Shown piece after piece: positions 1 through 8,715 of a DNA stretch of 60,401 nt. Under the pieces are notes generated by a model. The model searched no databases. It saw nothing but the letters and a program-made list of their open reading frames with translations, and was not told the DNA's origin. The position numbers and the translations under genes were made by a program. This DNA is from Proteobacteria bacterium CAG:495 (lineage in GTDB: Bacteria; Pseudomonadota; Alphaproteobacteria; RF32; CAG-239): positions 121,957-182,357 of the forward strand of contig HF995323.1 in assembly GCA_000432275.1 (NCBI GenBank). The letters are read 5' to 3'. Numbering within the stretch: position 1 is the first letter of the stretch; each line of letters begins with the position of its first letter.

Positions 1-102
1 GGCGTGCGGCTGTGTATCCATTGCCAGGAAGAAGCCGATAAAGAACAAAAAGCCGTCAGTCTGTACAACCGCCGAGGTTCCAAAGACAGTCAACTCCGTT
101 AA
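1..102 (+). CDS. C-terminal fragment of a DksA/TraR-type zinc-finger protein (truncated by window edge)
   Basis: Frame +1 is open from base 1 and reads GVRLCIHCQEEADKEQKAVSLYNRRGSKDSQLR, with stop TAA at 100-102. The C-x-x-C followed by a charged tail resembles the second Cys pair of DksA/TraR proteins. Only 33 codons are visible. Confidence 0.3.
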   Translation, partial: GVRLCIHCQEEADKEQKAVSLYNRRGSKDSQLR

Positions 103-130
103 AAAAAGCTCCCGAAGGAGCCTTTTTTTA
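101..130. terminator. short hairpin between an A-run and a T-run, shared by convergent genes
   Basis: aaaaaaaGCTCCcgaaGGAGCcttttttt has a 5-bp GC stem and a tetraloop, flanked by A7 and T7. It lies between the + strand stop (100-102) and the - strand stop of the GT4 gene (132-134). Confidence 0.4.
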
Positions 131-131
131 T

Positions 132-1265
132 TTAATTGTCGGAAACAACCGCGTCAAACAGCTTTTCCCATTTTCCGATAATGACTTCCGGAGCATAAGC
201 TTTCATATCCGCAATCGCGTTCTGCCCCATACGAATGCGCAACTCTTTGTCAGACATCAGCTGTTTCAGTTTTTCAGCAAAATCATCCAAATTCTTTGCC
301 AAAAAACCGTTATGTCCGTCCACAATCACTTCGTTGACAGACAAAGCGTCGGCAAAACCGAGCGTCGGCAGACCGATGGCCATACCGTCGGCAATCGCCA
401 AACTGAATCCCTCGGCGCTGCTAGGAAAAGCGTGAATATCGGCACTGCGGTAGAGTTCATTGACATCCCGGGTATATCCCATAAGAAAGACATTGTTCTC
501 CAAACCGTTGGCTTTTATCAAATCCTGAATTTCCTTGTCATAATCGGGGTATTTCTGCAATCCCCAAATTTCAACCTTCCAATCAGGAAACTCCCGGCCG
601 ATTTTGGCAAAAGCTTCCACCAAAAGATGAGGACGCTTAATATGCTTTTCTATTCTGGTAACATAAATAATTTTCTTTTTCTCGTGCGTCAAATCAACCT
701 TTTCTTCATCTTTGAACTGATAAACGGCATTGGCTATCCGAACCACGTTTTTGGGCTCAAAATAAGGATTGATTTTGTCCATATATGAATCCATCAACAC
801 CTGAAAAGTATGCACTTTTTTGAAACTCTTTTTATAATACCAGCGAATAAACCACGGCTTGCGCAAATACTTGTCTAAAATAATTGGCGGAAAATGATGC
901 ACCATCTGAATAATCGGAATATTGTGATTCTGAAATCTGGTTACGTTAAACAAATCTACCGGAAAATAACAGACAATTACATCCGGACGTTCTTTTTCAA
1001 TCAGTTTTTTGAACCGAAAACAGCGCGGAAACAGTTTCCCTCTTATTTTCCGATATATGTTTTTTACCCAAGACGTCGTCTTGGCGTTAAGATTAACCAG
1101 CTTAATATGGTCATTCAGCTTATTGCCCTCGGCCAAAACGCCAAGCTTGCCGTAAGTATCGCAGGCAATGACCACGTCATGACCTCTCTCGGCCAGCAAA
1201 TTGGCATAAAAAACCAGCCAGTTGGTGTTTAATACGTTCCTGTCCCGAACCAGTAATATCTTCAC
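132..1265 (-). CDS. GT-B fold glycosyltransferase, family 4/1-like
   Basis: 377 aa. The C-terminal half carries the typical retaining GT4 signature FPSSAEGFSLAIADGMAIGLPTLGF....VIVDGHNGFL. Confidence 0.8.
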   Translation of the reverse strand: MKILLVRDRNVLNTNWLVFYANLLAERGHDVVIACDTYGKLGVLAEGNKLNDHIKLVNLNAKTTSWVKNIYRKIRGKLFPRCFRFKKLIEKERPDVIVCYFPVDLFNVTRFQNHNIPIIQMVHHFPPIILDKYLRKPWFIRWYYKKSFKKVHTFQVLMDSYMDKINPYFEPKNVVRIANAVYQFKDEEKVDLTHEKKKIIYVTRIEKHIKRPHLLVEAFAKIGREFPDWKVEIWGLQKYPDYDKEIQDLIKANGLENNVFLMGYTRDVNELYRSADIHAFPSSAEGFSLAIADGMAIGLPTLGFADALSVNEVIVDGHNGFLAKNLDDFAEKLKQLMSDKELRIRMGQNAIADMKAYAPEVIIGKWEKLFDAVVSDN

Positions 1266-1477
1266 TGTATAGCTCCCGTATAAGGTTTAAATTTCAACAA
1301 TACAGGTATCTTAAATGAAATTCATTAATATGCAAGCGCATAAATTTTTCCTTGTTTATTCCAATAAACCTCCACCTGCCCAATAGGTATGTCAACCGTT
1401 CAGAACCGCATTCTCCCTGCCCCGAAATAAGCAAGCCTGATACATAGAACGAAACCCAAACTTTTTATGCCAACCAT

Positions 1478-1505
1478 AAAAAAAGCTCTGCAATGCAGAG
1501 CTTTT
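1478..1505 (-). terminator. rho-independent terminator downstream of the 107-aa membrane protein gene
   Basis: aaaaaAGCTCTGCAaTGCAGAGCTtttc is a near-perfect palindromic hairpin flanked by A- and T-runs, 17 nt beyond the stop at 1522. Confidence 0.6.
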
Positions 1506-1521
1506 CACATCCGAAGCAAAA

Positions 1522-1845
1522 CTAACGACGACGTTTGACAATACCGCGGTTCCGGTGGGGAGGCAATGCCTCCTCTTCTTCAAAAACCAGCATCTCGGTT
1601 GTTTCTTCCGGCGGTAACGGTTTGTTCCTCTCGGCTTCTTCTTCAAGTCCGCATTCCTTGAGAAGCCAATTGCATTTCCAGTTGACTCTTCCCTTAAACA
1701 ACAGGGCAAATGTACAAAACGACAATAAAGCCATTATGTAAAACATTGCGGCATATATCTGTTCGGCCAGCGTCAGTGCCATACTGTTGATTGAAGCGCC
1801 GATAACCAGCGTCATCACCGTGATAATCAATAAAATAACTTTCAT
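1522..1845 (-). CDS. small membrane protein, two predicted TM helices plus an acidic/basic tail (hypothetical)
   Basis: 107 aa. AAGGAG Shine-Dalgarno about 7 nt upstream of the ATG at 1845. Hydrophobic segments VILLIITVMTLVIGASI and AAMFYIMALLSFCTFALLF. Tail EEEAERNKPLPPEETTEMLVFEEEEA...KRRR. Has its own terminator. Confidence 0.5.
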   Translation of the reverse strand: MKVILLIITVMTLVIGASINSMALTLAEQIYAAMFYIMALLSFCTFALLFKGRVNWKCNWLLKECGLEEEAERNKPLPPEETTEMLVFEEEEALPPHRNRGIVKRRR

Positions 1846-1924
1846 AACCTCTCTCCTTTGTAAATATCTCCCTTCTTAAATATGCACAAATCAGAGGTAA
1901 TCAAGCGGAGAAAACTCTCTAAAA

Positions 1925-2857
1925 TTATTTCTTGGTTAATTTCAATTTCTCACCCCAATACGCATCATAACTTTGAGGTTCAAAAAAATCACAGCCATTT
2001 CCTGGTGTTAAAGTAATCTCACCATAATAAAGTTTTCCATCTACATCATAAAAATCGGCTCGAACAAAATCAAAATTTTTTGCAATTTCAGCACCTATTT
2101 TCACCATCAAATCAAAAGTTTGAGGTTTCACAATATCATTACCTTTTCCATGAACACCCCAAGTAAAAGGCATTGGGTTCCAATTTTGATCATAAATATT
2201 CCTGATATTCTCACCTTCACGGTCTATGGAGCAATAAACAAAGCCAAGTTCTCCATTAAAAAAAGCTAATTTATAATCATTTGGTATTTTACCTTCTTTT
2301 GTCACCAGCAGTTTTTCAATTATAATCCAAGGCTCAATATTTTTATACTGAGGTTCCATCCCTATATAGTAATAGTTTGAATTCAGCCATCTCATACATT
2401 TTTTCTGAAGAGCATCATAGTCAACATCTTCCTTATTCCGTATAATCTCATACCAGCCGCTGCCATGATTAGCTTTAACAATACAAGGCTCATTCGGAAT
2501 ATTATCAGGACTTATATCCCGCCAATTTTGTGTTTTAAACAATAAAGGAATCAAATGTTCTCCACCAAAATTCTTTTCAAAAAATTCCCTCACAGCCAAC
2601 TTATCTGAGCAAATTCCCCAAAAATCAGAATTTTGACAATTAAGTTTTAACCACTGGATTTTTTCATTAAAGGTTTGAGGATTATCTAAATCCGGGTATT
2701 GTCCAAAAAACTTTTTATAATGCTCTCTAATTAAAAATTCCTGCCCAAACCTTTGTTCCGGTACAATATATTTCTTATAAAAATTTCGTTTATACAAACT
2801 TTCATGACGATTAATAAAGTCACTTTTGATTTTTTTTACAATTTTCTTTAAAGACAT
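1925..2857 (-). CDS. TupA-like ATP-grasp amidoligase
   Basis: 310 aa. Layout and motifs match the TupA-like ATP-grasp family: FNEKIQWLKL, DKLAVREF, IVKANHGSG, DYKLAFFNGE, DFVRADFY...GEITLTPG. Overlaps the upstream gene by 10 nt. Confidence 0.7.
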   Translation of the reverse strand: MSLKKIVKKIKSDFINRHESLYKRNFYKKYIVPEQRFGQEFLIREHYKKFFGQYPDLDNPQTFNEKIQWLKLNCQNSDFWGICSDKLAVREFFEKNFGGEHLIPLLFKTQNWRDISPDNIPNEPCIVKANHGSGWYEIIRNKEDVDYDALQKKCMRWLNSNYYYIGMEPQYKNIEPWIIIEKLLVTKEGKIPNDYKLAFFNGELGFVYCSIDREGENIRNIYDQNWNPMPFTWGVHGKGNDIVKPQTFDLMVKIGAEIAKNFDFVRADFYDVDGKLYYGEITLTPGNGCDFFEPQSYDAYWGEKLKLTKK

Positions 2858-4695
2858 GCCATTTCCTCCAAATTATATTTTTTTGCCCATTTGCTACCAT
2901 CCTTGTGACAAACAACCACCCCTTTGTCACACCACTTCAACATAGGCAAATCAGATAAACTATCACTAAACCCCACAATATTAGAAAACTTATTCTTATC
3001 AAAATACTGATCTAACAAAATAACTTTGTTTTTATTCATACAGTCTAAACCATTTAATTTTCCCTCGCACACACCGTTTTTAAACGAAATTTTACTGCTT
3101 ATGCACCCATCAAGATTATATTCCCGAACAAAATAGTGTAAATACACATCATATCCGCCGCTCAGAAGATAAATCTTATAACCTTGAGCCTTCAATTGCC
3201 GCATCTTGTCAACCACTGCCGGAATTAATGCCGGTTTTATTTTCGTCCGATAAAAACTCGATGCATAATAATCAACTTCGGATTGAGGTATCCCTTTCAA
3301 AAGCCACAAATACAACATCTTATTTAAAGGTTTTCCTGTCTTTCTTTCCAAAAACTGCAAAATTCCGCTCTTCATTAAAAGTTGACGTACAAAATTTTTA
3401 AATACAATTGAAGAACTACAGTGATTTCTTCTTAAAAATTTAACAAAAGCATTTGCAGTCTGAAAATTAACAAGTGTACCACAAAAATCAAACAGAGCCA
3501 ATTTACTTTGCTCTTTTTCGCCTTCAATACCAATAGAAGAAAAAAAATCACAAATAGCATTTAATACACGCTGCATCTGCTTTTGATTGCCTATCGTAAT
3601 CCTCACGCTGCTGCTTAAAATTGGACTTTGTGTTAACTTTCGAACATAAATATCTTGTTGAAGCAGATACTCAAATAACTGATTTTTTAATTCTACTGTT
3701 GCACATTTTAGAACAACAAAGTTAGCAAAGCTATTATACACCTTACACTCTGCCGCAAACCTTTTCATTTTTGTATAAAACCATTCTCTCGCTTTGCAAA
3801 CTTCTTTGACATAATTTTCCATATAAGGAATATCCGACAATGCGCCAATTACTGCTTCTTGTGCAAAAGTGGTAATATTTTTGGGATTACGTATTTTAGA
3901 AATTAGTTCTATATTATCAACACAAGAAAGCAGATACCCAAAACGAAAATTAGCAAGTCCAAAAGCTTTCGACATAGTACGAGAAACAAGAATATTTTTA
4001 TATTTTAAAACTAAATCCTTTACTGTCATTCCTGAAAACTCACAATAAGCCTCATCGAGCAAAAACATAGTATCAGAAAATCGTTTCAATAAACTTTCAA
4101 TATATTCGCGGGACTGATAATATCCTAAGGGATTATTGGGATTAACAATATAAACCAAAGACGGCCGTATTTTTTTCAAATCCCTAAGAAAGTTTCGCTC
4201 ATTAAAAGTAAAATCCTCATCCACCTCAGAAAAATAAACTTTTGCTCCACATGCCTCCGCGGTTAATCTAAAATTATCATATGATGGAGATTGAATAACT
4301 ACTTTTGTTCCTCTTCCTATAAAAATTTTAGCTATATACTCGTGCAAAGAATCAGAACTCGCAAAATATTGAATATTTTCACAAGGAAGCTTAACATACT
4401 TGGATAAGAGAGAAAGTAATTCACGATTTTCCGTAGATGGATATAAATTATAAAAATTTCCCTTTGTCACAAGTTTTCTTATCTGCTCATCAACTTTTGG
4501 TGATGGCAAAACAGTCGCTTCGTTCCAATCTAATTTCAATATTTTTTCTCTATCCTCCGCTGCAACACTCCATATCTTATGTGATGCTGTTTTATACGGT
4601 AGTATATTTTTTAGATATTCATTTACATATAACATATCCTTTGACACCCCTAAAAAATTTGTCAAATTTTCTCCGCTAACCTTTTTTACAATCAA
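2848..4695 (-). CDS. fusion protein: HisC-like class I/II PLP aminotransferase (N-terminal) plus HAD-IB hydrolase (C-terminal)
   Basis: 615 aa. The N-terminal roughly 390 aa carry NPNNPLGY, LDEAYCEF and SRTMSKAFGLANFRFGY (PLP-lysine motif). The C-terminal roughly 215 aa carry HAD motifs LALFDFCGTLV (motif I, with Cys at the D+2 position), YLLSGG and GFSDSLSDLPMLKW. The start is uncertain; an alternative Met lies 20 codons in. Confidence 0.75.
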   Translation of the reverse strand: MIVKKVSGENLTNFLGVSKDMLYVNEYLKNILPYKTASHKIWSVAAEDREKILKLDWNEATVLPSPKVDEQIRKLVTKGNFYNLYPSTENRELLSLLSKYVKLPCENIQYFASSDSLHEYIAKIFIGRGTKVVIQSPSYDNFRLTAEACGAKVYFSEVDEDFTFNERNFLRDLKKIRPSLVYIVNPNNPLGYYQSREYIESLLKRFSDTMFLLDEAYCEFSGMTVKDLVLKYKNILVSRTMSKAFGLANFRFGYLLSCVDNIELISKIRNPKNITTFAQEAVIGALSDIPYMENYVKEVCKAREWFYTKMKRFAAECKVYNSFANFVVLKCATVELKNQLFEYLLQQDIYVRKLTQSPILSSSVRITIGNQKQMQRVLNAICDFFSSIGIEGEKEQSKLALFDFCGTLVNFQTANAFVKFLRRNHCSSSIVFKNFVRQLLMKSGILQFLERKTGKPLNKMLYLWLLKGIPQSEVDYYASSFYRTKIKPALIPAVVDKMRQLKAQGYKIYLLSGGYDVYLHYFVREYNLDGCISSKISFKNGVCEGKLNGLDCMNKNKVILLDQYFDKNKFSNIVGFSDSLSDLPMLKWCDKGVVVCHKDGSKWAKKYNLEEMACL

Positions 4696-5284
4696 CTAAG
4701 CATCTATATTCCAACTGCTTAGGATCTTGTTTTGTCTGCAAAAATTTCTGCGCCAAACAATCCGTTGTTTTAATAAAACGAGCAGGATTTCCAGCCCAAA
4801 CTTCTCCTGAAGGAACATCTTTTGTAACAACGCTGCCTGCTCCGATAATTGAGTTATCACCAATGGTAACACCTGGTAACAATATAGAACGGCAACCTAT
4901 AAAACAATTATTTCCGATTTTGATTCGCCCGTATCTTCTCATGTCTTCACTACTGTTTATGTATTTGCTACAATTATACCATGCACCATCATGAGTTAAA
5001 AAAGATACACCAAAGGAAACAACAACATTATCACCAATTTCAATTAAATACGGCTCTGATCCAAAATCAGGAAAAGAAAAAGGATATGGATGAATAACAA
5101 ATTGAACATTTTTTCCAACAGTTACCCCCAGAGATCTTGCATATTCAGAAGAATCACAAACACGACTTAATTTAGATAAATAAGATAAACACTTAGAATT
5201 AGATTTCTTATATGAGAAAACAGGAATCCCAAACAAACAAATAGATCTTGTTCCGTCGAACTTTTTTATTTTTTTCAAAAACAT
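4676..5284 (-). CDS. left-handed beta-helix (hexapeptide repeat) O-acetyltransferase
   Basis: 202 aa. The hexapeptide tract IKIGNNCFIGCRSILLPGVTIGDNSIIGAGSVVTKDVPSGEVWAGNPARFI is typical of the MAT/CysE-like acetyltransferase family. Confidence 0.8.
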   Translation of the reverse strand: MFLKKIKKFDGTRSICLFGIPVFSYKKSNSKCLSYLSKLSRVCDSSEYARSLGVTVGKNVQFVIHPYPFSFPDFGSEPYLIEIGDNVVVSFGVSFLTHDGAWYNCSKYINSSEDMRRYGRIKIGNNCFIGCRSILLPGVTIGDNSIIGAGSVVTKDVPSGEVWAGNPARFIKTTDCLAQKFLQTKQDPKQLEYRCLVDCKKG

Positions 5285-5305
5285 ATCACTTATTCCGATA
5301 ATCCG

Positions 5306-8140
5306 CTAACGTCCAACCTTAATTTTTATCCTCAATCCTAAAAAATGAACAGTTTTATGAGATTTTTTTGCTTGAGATTTGTGAGTTTCAAATAAAAAGT
5401 TTCCTTTATTAAAACGTGCATTAGGAATACTAATATCTTTAACCGGTATTCCGTTTTTCCATAAAACATAAGAAAAAGACAATTGATCCCTCTTAGATAT
5501 ATCCCGGATACAATTCCACCAACTTTCCATCAAATTAATAATGGAACTTTCAGTATGTTTCCGATAAATTACATTAGTTTCATTTAAACCATAGTGCCTG
5601 GGCATTCCCTCTTTTTTCAAAAATGACAATACGCTATTGCAATTTTTCAAAGTATCTTTTTTACACTTTAAAACTTCTTCACACTCATCGTAAATATCAT
5701 CACGACTAAAATGATATGGTACAAGCAATGAACTATTTTTCTCTTTAATAATATCAAACAAATATGAACTTAAAATATCTCCGTTAGCATCAATCCAAAT
5801 ACTTTCTGACACCTTCGGAAACAAGACATGCGGGTGCGTTTTATGCCATCTGGCATTTTTAGTTCTATCCAATTCATCAAAGTACAAAGGGTATATTTTC
5901 CATAAACCCACAACCTCGCGCCGCAATAAATTTTTATTATCCGTAAAACAGACATATTTAAATTCAGAATCAGTATACGTATGGTCAATTAACCGATCAT
6001 AATCTCCGCTAATACAAGTATAAATAACGCCCCTGCACTCTCCAAGATCAGGAATTTTACAAATAAATATTTTTTTAGACACAACAGGGATTTTACAAAT
6101 TTTAATCAACAATTTTCCTGAATTAGTTATTTTTTTCTGAAACAAGAATGTCCGCCAATCAAAATGTCTGGCTGTTTTTATCTTTTTAGTACTCTTGTCT
6201 CTTCCTATAACCGTATGTGCAACTGTGGAGGCATAATAGCATTTGGAAATCGTTTTGTACTTTTCTTGAACATATTTTACAGAATTATAAAATCTTTCTG
6301 TAATATTTCCTCCCGAATAATGAACACATTTAAGCGGAATAACTTTTAATTTCACATCATATCTCTCACTAGCGTTAATGCAAAATTCCTCTACATAAAA
6401 ATCAAAAGTCAAATTTTCATCAAAACGAAGCTTATGCCTTTGAATTAAAGAAGAATGAACAATTAAACACTGACAATCAACGGTATCGGCAAACTCACCT
6501 CCGATACACACCTGACGCCCGACTACAATTCTATTCTTTCCTGTTTTGTCACATTGAACAATACGGCCGACAGGATGTATCAAATCATTTGGGGTACTTT
6601 CCTCATATCTCACTCCGATGCAACCGTACAAACAATTTTTATCTAAACCCTGCAGCTTCTTTTCGGGTTCTTCCAGAATTTGCCAATCTTCATGACAAAA
6701 AACAAACCAAGCTTCCCTTGAATATTCATAATCATCCAAAAATTCGTTATATCTCTGCGATATACCTTTATTTTCAACTCTGTTATCAATCGGATTTAAC
6801 TGAACATTACGGCAGAATTTATTTTGTCCGACACATTTATCATACATATCATAATCGCGAACAACACTGACAAATATCACTGATATATCTGTAGGATAGG
6901 ATTTCGCCTTAAAAAATTGTTTTAATTTTTTTCGCCAGGGAATAAAAGAAGCGGCAATTTTTAGTAGTCTTTCTGCCGTCAACGGTGCCGTTTTCGCCAA
7001 TCTTCTGTTATAGCTCTCCTGCGTATAAAGCTTCAAATATTCTTTAATAAACGTCTTGCCGTCAGATTTTCTCACATACCCGATTTTGCCTTCGTCAACC
7101 TGCAAACCATGCGCACGGCCAAATTGCGCAAGATTATCCGTAACCCCCAGCAACGCTGGACCCGCAGAATGCTCTATCGGAAACGGATTCATATTCGTTC
7201 CGATACAGTACCACTCTGCTTCTATCGCCTGATGTATCAATGCCTGTTCCTCTATCGGCGTGTCGCTCCGCTCCAAAATAATCGACTTGACACCTTGCCG
7301 CGCAAAAACCTCCATATGCGTCGCCGTACCGATAACCCCGGCAACCGTTTTCGCTCCCTTCAGATAAGCTATCTGCTCCCTCAAACTCATACTTTCAGGA
7401 TGCAAAATTTTAAAGCCGTTCTTACGAAACACATCTTCGACATAAGCCTCTCCCAAACAAAGCGTCCCTCCACGAAACTTTGTGCGCGAAAGATATATCT
7501 TTTCTGATGGCTGCGCCGTTACCTGGTCCGCCGCATACCGAAAAGGATGCAAAAACTTTTTGTTAAACGAATGATTGATTATATGACTTTCACCGGGAAC
7601 ATAAACTTTGCTAAACCTTGTCGGTTGGCTGATAAAATGAACCTTTTCCCGGGAAATCCCCAACAAATCCATAAATTCCCAAAACTGGGGAATAACCCTC
7701 TGCCTCTTGGCGTTCAAAAAGACAATGTCCAGATTTTTTTCTTTATTTTCAATCAAATACCAGAGCCTATTCGTACTTTCCATCAAAAAATGACCAAAAT
7801 GGTTGACGAATACCCCGCCGTACAATACTTCCTTAGGAACAATCTCGGCATCTTTTAGGGAAAAGTCATACCCCTCTGTTAATGAACCGCCTTTGCTTCC
7901 GCGCCAATGCCTCGACATTTCGACAAAAACACCGCAGCTGTCCGTTACCCCGCCTCTGAAATAGGATGTCCCGAAATCGTCAATACTCTTCTTCAGCGGT
8001 AATACAAAACCCTCCTCCACTTCTTCGCATTCTACCGAACAAACATCATAGTAATTCCGGCTCGTCACTCCTTCATAAACCGACTTTACCTCCTCTGCAA
8101 TATATAAACGCTTGCAGTATTCCTGACTTCGAATAGACAC
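5306..8140 (-). CDS. three-module glycosyltransferase: GT61/DUF563-like N-terminus, central GT-A-like module, DUF616-like C-terminus
   Basis: 944 aa. N-terminal FVNHFGHFLMESTNRLWYL and GVIGTATHMEVFARQG match the GT61/DUF563 signature. The central module carries ISVIFVSVVRDYDMYDKCV...FVFCHEDWQ. The C-terminal module carries IYTCISGDYDRL...FTDN...WKI...NARWHKTHPHVLFP...SIWIDANGDI, a DUF616-like pattern. Confidence 0.65.
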   Translation of the reverse strand: MSIRSQEYCKRLYIAEEVKSVYEGVTSRNYYDVCSVECEEVEEGFVLPLKKSIDDFGTSYFRGGVTDSCGVFVEMSRHWRGSKGGSLTEGYDFSLKDAEIVPKEVLYGGVFVNHFGHFLMESTNRLWYLIENKEKNLDIVFLNAKRQRVIPQFWEFMDLLGISREKVHFISQPTRFSKVYVPGESHIINHSFNKKFLHPFRYAADQVTAQPSEKIYLSRTKFRGGTLCLGEAYVEDVFRKNGFKILHPESMSLREQIAYLKGAKTVAGVIGTATHMEVFARQGVKSIILERSDTPIEEQALIHQAIEAEWYCIGTNMNPFPIEHSAGPALLGVTDNLAQFGRAHGLQVDEGKIGYVRKSDGKTFIKEYLKLYTQESYNRRLAKTAPLTAERLLKIAASFIPWRKKLKQFFKAKSYPTDISVIFVSVVRDYDMYDKCVGQNKFCRNVQLNPIDNRVENKGISQRYNEFLDDYEYSREAWFVFCHEDWQILEEPEKKLQGLDKNCLYGCIGVRYEESTPNDLIHPVGRIVQCDKTGKNRIVVGRQVCIGGEFADTVDCQCLIVHSSLIQRHKLRFDENLTFDFYVEEFCINASERYDVKLKVIPLKCVHYSGGNITERFYNSVKYVQEKYKTISKCYYASTVAHTVIGRDKSTKKIKTARHFDWRTFLFQKKITNSGKLLIKICKIPVVSKKIFICKIPDLGECRGVIYTCISGDYDRLIDHTYTDSEFKYVCFTDNKNLLRREVVGLWKIYPLYFDELDRTKNARWHKTHPHVLFPKVSESIWIDANGDILSSYLFDIIKEKNSSLLVPYHFSRDDIYDECEEVLKCKKDTLKNCNSVLSFLKKEGMPRHYGLNETNVIYRKHTESSIINLMESWWNCIRDISKRDQLSFSYVLWKNGIPVKDISIPNARFNKGNFLFETHKSQAKKSHKTVHFLGLRIKIKVGR

Positions 8141-8373
8141 CGACCCGACACCTTTGCTAATAAAACTTTATTGAAATAAAGCTATCACAGCGCAAAGATA
8201 TGAGTCAAACTATTTTTGGTTTTTAATAACAGATAAATAAAACCAACTATTCACAATACAAACTTAAATTTATTTAACTGACTTTGTCATGGGATACGCT
8301 TCCGGACGCTTAGCATCACCCAAAAATTCCAAATAACAATTTGGCTGAAAAAATGAAATTAAAAATACAGATA

Positions 8374-8400
8374 CAAAAAAACCACCTAATTAAGGTGGTT
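8374..8400 (-). terminator. rho-independent terminator downstream of tRNA-Val
   Basis: On the minus strand, AACCACCttaattaGGTGGTT is followed by TTTTTTT. It begins 7 nt beyond the tRNA 3' end. Confidence 0.6.
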
Positions 8401-8406
8401 TCAAAT

Positions 8407-8482
8407 TGGTGGGCGCTGAGAGGTTCGAACTCCCGACCCTCTCGGTGTAAACGAGATGCTCTTCCAGCTGAGCTAAGCGCCC
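8407..8482 (-). tRNA. tRNA-Val (anticodon UAC)
   Basis: The reverse complement GGGCGCTTAGCTCAGCTGGAAGAGCATCTCGTTTACACCGAGAGGGTCGGGAGTTCGAACCTCTCAGCGCCCACCA folds as a 76-nt cloverleaf. Anticodon stem TCTCG/CGAGA, loop TTTACAC, encoded CCA. Confidence 0.95.
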
Positions 8483-8685
8483 ATCTTGTTTACGAAAGAG
8501 TTTATACACTTATAAAAATAATTAATCAAGCAAAAAAATAAAAAAATTTGATATTTTTTTAGAAAATGCCTTTTATCAAAAGGCTAGACAATTTCTTTTG
8601 CAAACAGAGCCGCGGACTTTGCCAATGCGCCAATAAAAACGGGCTTCCGCAATGGGAAACCCGTTTTAAAGTGCTCTATAAACTT

Positions 8686-8708
8686 AAGGACTGGCGCAGC
8701 CAGTCCTT
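8686..8708 (-). terminator. hairpin downstream of hupB
   Basis: AAGGACTGGCgcaGCCAGTCCTT has a 10-bp stem and a 3-nt loop, and starts 8 nt beyond the hupB stop. The trailing T-tract is only moderate. Confidence 0.45.
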
Positions 8709-8715
8709 GCTTATA

